This document shows positions 61,156 to 64,000 of a stretch of 64,000 nt of DNA, piece by piece. Under the pieces are notes generated by a model. The model was not told the origin of the DNA and made no database searches. It saw only the letters and a program-made list of their open reading frames with translations. Made by a program: the position numbers and the translations under genes. The DNA is taken from positions 35,404,001 through 35,468,000 of the forward strand of contig CM059432.1 of assembly GCA_030390025.1 (NCBI GenBank). Direction: 5' to 3'. Position 1 is the stretch's first letter. The number at the start of each line of letters is the position of its first letter. This stretch comes from Squalus acanthias. Lineage: Eukaryota.

Positions 61156-62354
61156 GTGTACCCACCATTCAACACGTTTCCCTTAGGTTTCATCATGCAT
61201 TAAACAACCCTAATGTGTGCACTGTAGTGCTCTTAGGGAGGTAAAATGCATAGTAATGCAGACAACTGTTCCCTTCTTCTAGACAGTCCTTTAATGCCAA
61301 AGAGATCCACGGTACATTTATTGTGGGTTCAACAAATAGAATGCCTTGTGAGACTTGATTGTTGAGAGGTGTGCTCACCACCAGCACTGCCTCCAGAAGT
61401 AACATGCATGGTGCAGTGCAATATACTCACACACTGGGGAAGGGTAGAAACTGCCCACTTTCCTTTATTATTTTCTCAGGATGTGGGCAATGCTGGCAAG
61501 GCTACATTTGTTGCCCATCCCAAGTAGCCCTGAGAAATGTTGCCTCAACCAACTCAATTTCTCTGCTTGTTAAAGTACTGTCAGTTTTTCTATTTAACTA
61601 TTAACAATAGTATAAACTCTAAATATTAAATAAAAATAAGGACAGAATGTATGACTTTAAAATGGAGACTGAATTATGTGTACGGGCTCTGGCCCTCTAA
61701 CTCTGCTTCACCTGAATGCAACACTTGGTCTTGGAGTGCCAAGTGCACTGCCACAGGAGCCTGACTAGTTCTGTATATTTTTAGATGGTTCGTGGCAAAG
61801 CCAAGGCACTAACATTTTTAAAACGTGAACTGTGGCAGCTGTATTCTGAGATTCACTTTGTCCTTTTGTCAAGAATTGCCTGGAGACATCACATGTTAAA
61901 GTGCAACTGGAATTCCTCAAAAGGCTAGTCCATTAAAAGAAGCTTTGTTTTACAAAGCTGATTATGTCAGTGGTACCATTTCCTGGGTATCCAGTATATG
62001 AATAATTTGAGACATGACATGTGGTAAGTGCTTTGGAGGAACAGGTGACTTTGGACCTATGGCTTCTAAAGCTCTCTACCACTGGGTTTTACCTCGCATC
62101 ATGTCTGGGTCTGTTGTAGACGAATTGATAGAGATTATTTGCCAACAACTTAATTCTCATTGTATCATGTGACTACTGAGATGGTAGAAGGTGAACTAGA
62201 TGGACCTTGGTCTTTTTTCGTCTAGCAATTCCTATGTTCCTATGTAAGCTTCAATAGGCCAAATCTCAAGTTTGACTAGACACATAACATATTCATACAG
62301 CTCTCCCTTTCCACACCAAATTGGGTGTTAAAAATAATTTAATATTGATTACCG

Positions 62355-63705
62355 TTGAAAAAGAGACAGAGTCCAGTTATTTTGATGGTGGGGGATTCGG
62401 CAATGGTAATGCCATTGAATGTCAATGGGCGGTGGTTAGACTCTCACTTGTTGGAGATAGTCATTGCCTGGCACTTCTGTGGCGCAAATGTTACCTGCCA
62501 CTTATCAGCCCAAGCCTGAATGTCGTCCAGGTCTTGTTGCATGCGGGCATGGACTGCTTCATTATCTGAGGAGTTGTGAATGGCACTGAACACTGTGCAG
62601 TCATCAGCGAACATCCTCATTTCTGACCTTAAGTTGGAGGGAAGGCCATTGATGAAGCAGTTGAAGATGGCTGGGCCTAGGACACTGCCCTGAGGAACTC
62701 CTGCAGCGATGTCCTGGAGCTGTGATGATTGACCGTCAATCACCACAACCATCTTCCTTTGTGCTAGGTATAGAAACATAGAAACATAGAAACATAGAAT
62801 CTAGGAGCAGGAGTAGGCCATTCAGCCCGTCGAGCCTGTTCCACCATTCAATACGATCATGGCTGATCATCCAAATCCAGTACCCTGTCCCTGCTTTAAT
62901 CCCCACAGTACACATATCCCACCCTACCCCCGTAACCCCACGTATTTAATTCCCCCTAACATATCCCATCCTATCCCCATAACCCCACATATTTAATCCC
63001 CCCCTAACACTAATGACTCCAGCCAGTGGAGAGTTTTCCCCCGATTCCCATTGACTTCAGTTTTACCAGGGCTCCTTCATGTCACACGCCGTCAAATGCT
63101 GCCTTGATGTCAAGGGAGTCACTCTCACCTCACCTCTGGAATTCAGCTCCTTTGTCCCTGTTTGGACCAAGGCTGTAATGAGGTCGGGAGCAGAGTGGTC
63201 TTGGCAGAACCTAAACTGGGCATCAGTGAGCAGGTTATTGGTGAGTAAGTGCCGCTTGATAGCACTGTCGATGACACCTTCCATCACTTTGCTGATGATT
63301 GAGAGTAGACTGATGGGGCAGTAATTAGTCGGATTGGATTTGTCCTGCTTTTTTGTGGACAGGACATACCTGGGCAGTTTTCCACATTGTCGGGTAGATG
63401 CCAGTGTTGTAGCTGTACTGGAACAGCTTGGCTAGAGGCGCGGCTAGTTCTGGAACACAAGTCTTCAGAAGGACAGCCGGGATGTTGTCGGGGCCCACAG
63501 CCTTTGCTGTATCCAGTGCGCTCAGCCGTTTCTTGATATCACGTGGAGTGAATCAAATTAGCTGAAGACTGGCTTCTGTGATGATGGGGACCTCAGGAGG
63601 AGGCCGATATGGATCATCCACTTGGTACTTCTGGCTGAAGATGGTTGTAAACGCTTCAGCCTTGTCTTTTGCACTCACGTGCTGGGCTCCATCGTCATTG
63701 AGGAA
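62355..63705 (-). mobile_element. Second-family CR1-like LINE RT region, interrupted by an HE1 fragment
   Basis: [34 protein letters not shown] and KAVGPDNIP-like motifs on the minus strand. Confidence 0.9.
62772..63012 (-). mobile_element. 5'-truncated HE1-type SINE
   Basis: Reverse complement is near-identical to ~45470-45706; the LINE sequence rejoins as aggtat|gactcc. Confidence 0.88.
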
Positions 63706-64000
63706 CGGTAGGATAGTGGTAATGTTACTGAACTAGTAATCCAAAGGCCTAGACTAATAATTTGAAGATAAGAGTTCAAATCCCACCATGGCAGGCTGGG
63801 AATTTAAATTCAATTAGCTAAAATAAATCTGGAAGAAAAAGCTAGTGTCAGTAATGGTGACCATGAAACTATTGGATTGTTGTAAAAAGCCATCTGGTTC
63901 AGGAATGTTCTTCAGGGAAGGAAATCTGTTGTTCTTACCTGGTCTGGCCTATATGTGACTCCAGACCCACAGCAATCTGGTTGACTCTTAACTACCCTCT
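63705..64000 (+). mobile_element. tRNA-derived SINE (same family as 55915-56215), running off the window
   Basis: tagtggtaatgttactgaactagtaatcc...gagttcaaatcccacc head and conserved body. Confidence 0.8.

Noticed and set aside
59660..62350. Exons of a divergent neighbouring gene upstream of CCDC12
   Set aside because: No recognisable coding exon found; only isolated splice-like motifs.

Overview
Repeat-rich eukaryotic genomic DNA, almost certainly from a cartilaginous fish (shark-like). The basis is the mix of HE1-type V-SINEs, SacSINE1/Deu-type SINEs, HER1/CR1 LINEs, L2 and Penelope-like elements. The only host gene I can support is the 5' part of CCDC12 (spliceosome-associated Cwf18 homolog) on the minus strand. 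Coding exons 1-4 lie at 58006-57923, 21378-21290, 4627-4548 and 2667-2606, all with GT-AG sites and consistent phases; the remaining exons lie left of the window. Nearly all long ORFs in the track are decayed retroelement fragments, and a 500-N assembly gap sits at 45903-46402. The most notable observations are: (1) a 28-bp tandem repeat in which two different ~720-780 bp TIR elements occupy the same position in consecutive units, giving a repeat-cassette-repeat-cassette-repeat array; (2) minimal hammerhead ribozyme motifs in three Penelope-like copies; (3) an AT-rich, Cys-rich decayed coding-like island in intron 3 that may be of viral or other foreign origin; (4) a CR1-like LINE that appears to start with a tRNA-SINE head and lack ORF1; (5) a frame-preserving 28-bp micro-inversion in a full-length CR1; (6) a Myb/SANT Harbinger-type remnant. 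I found no CRISPR array or prokaryote-type system. Repeat family names come from recognition by eye, not a database search.
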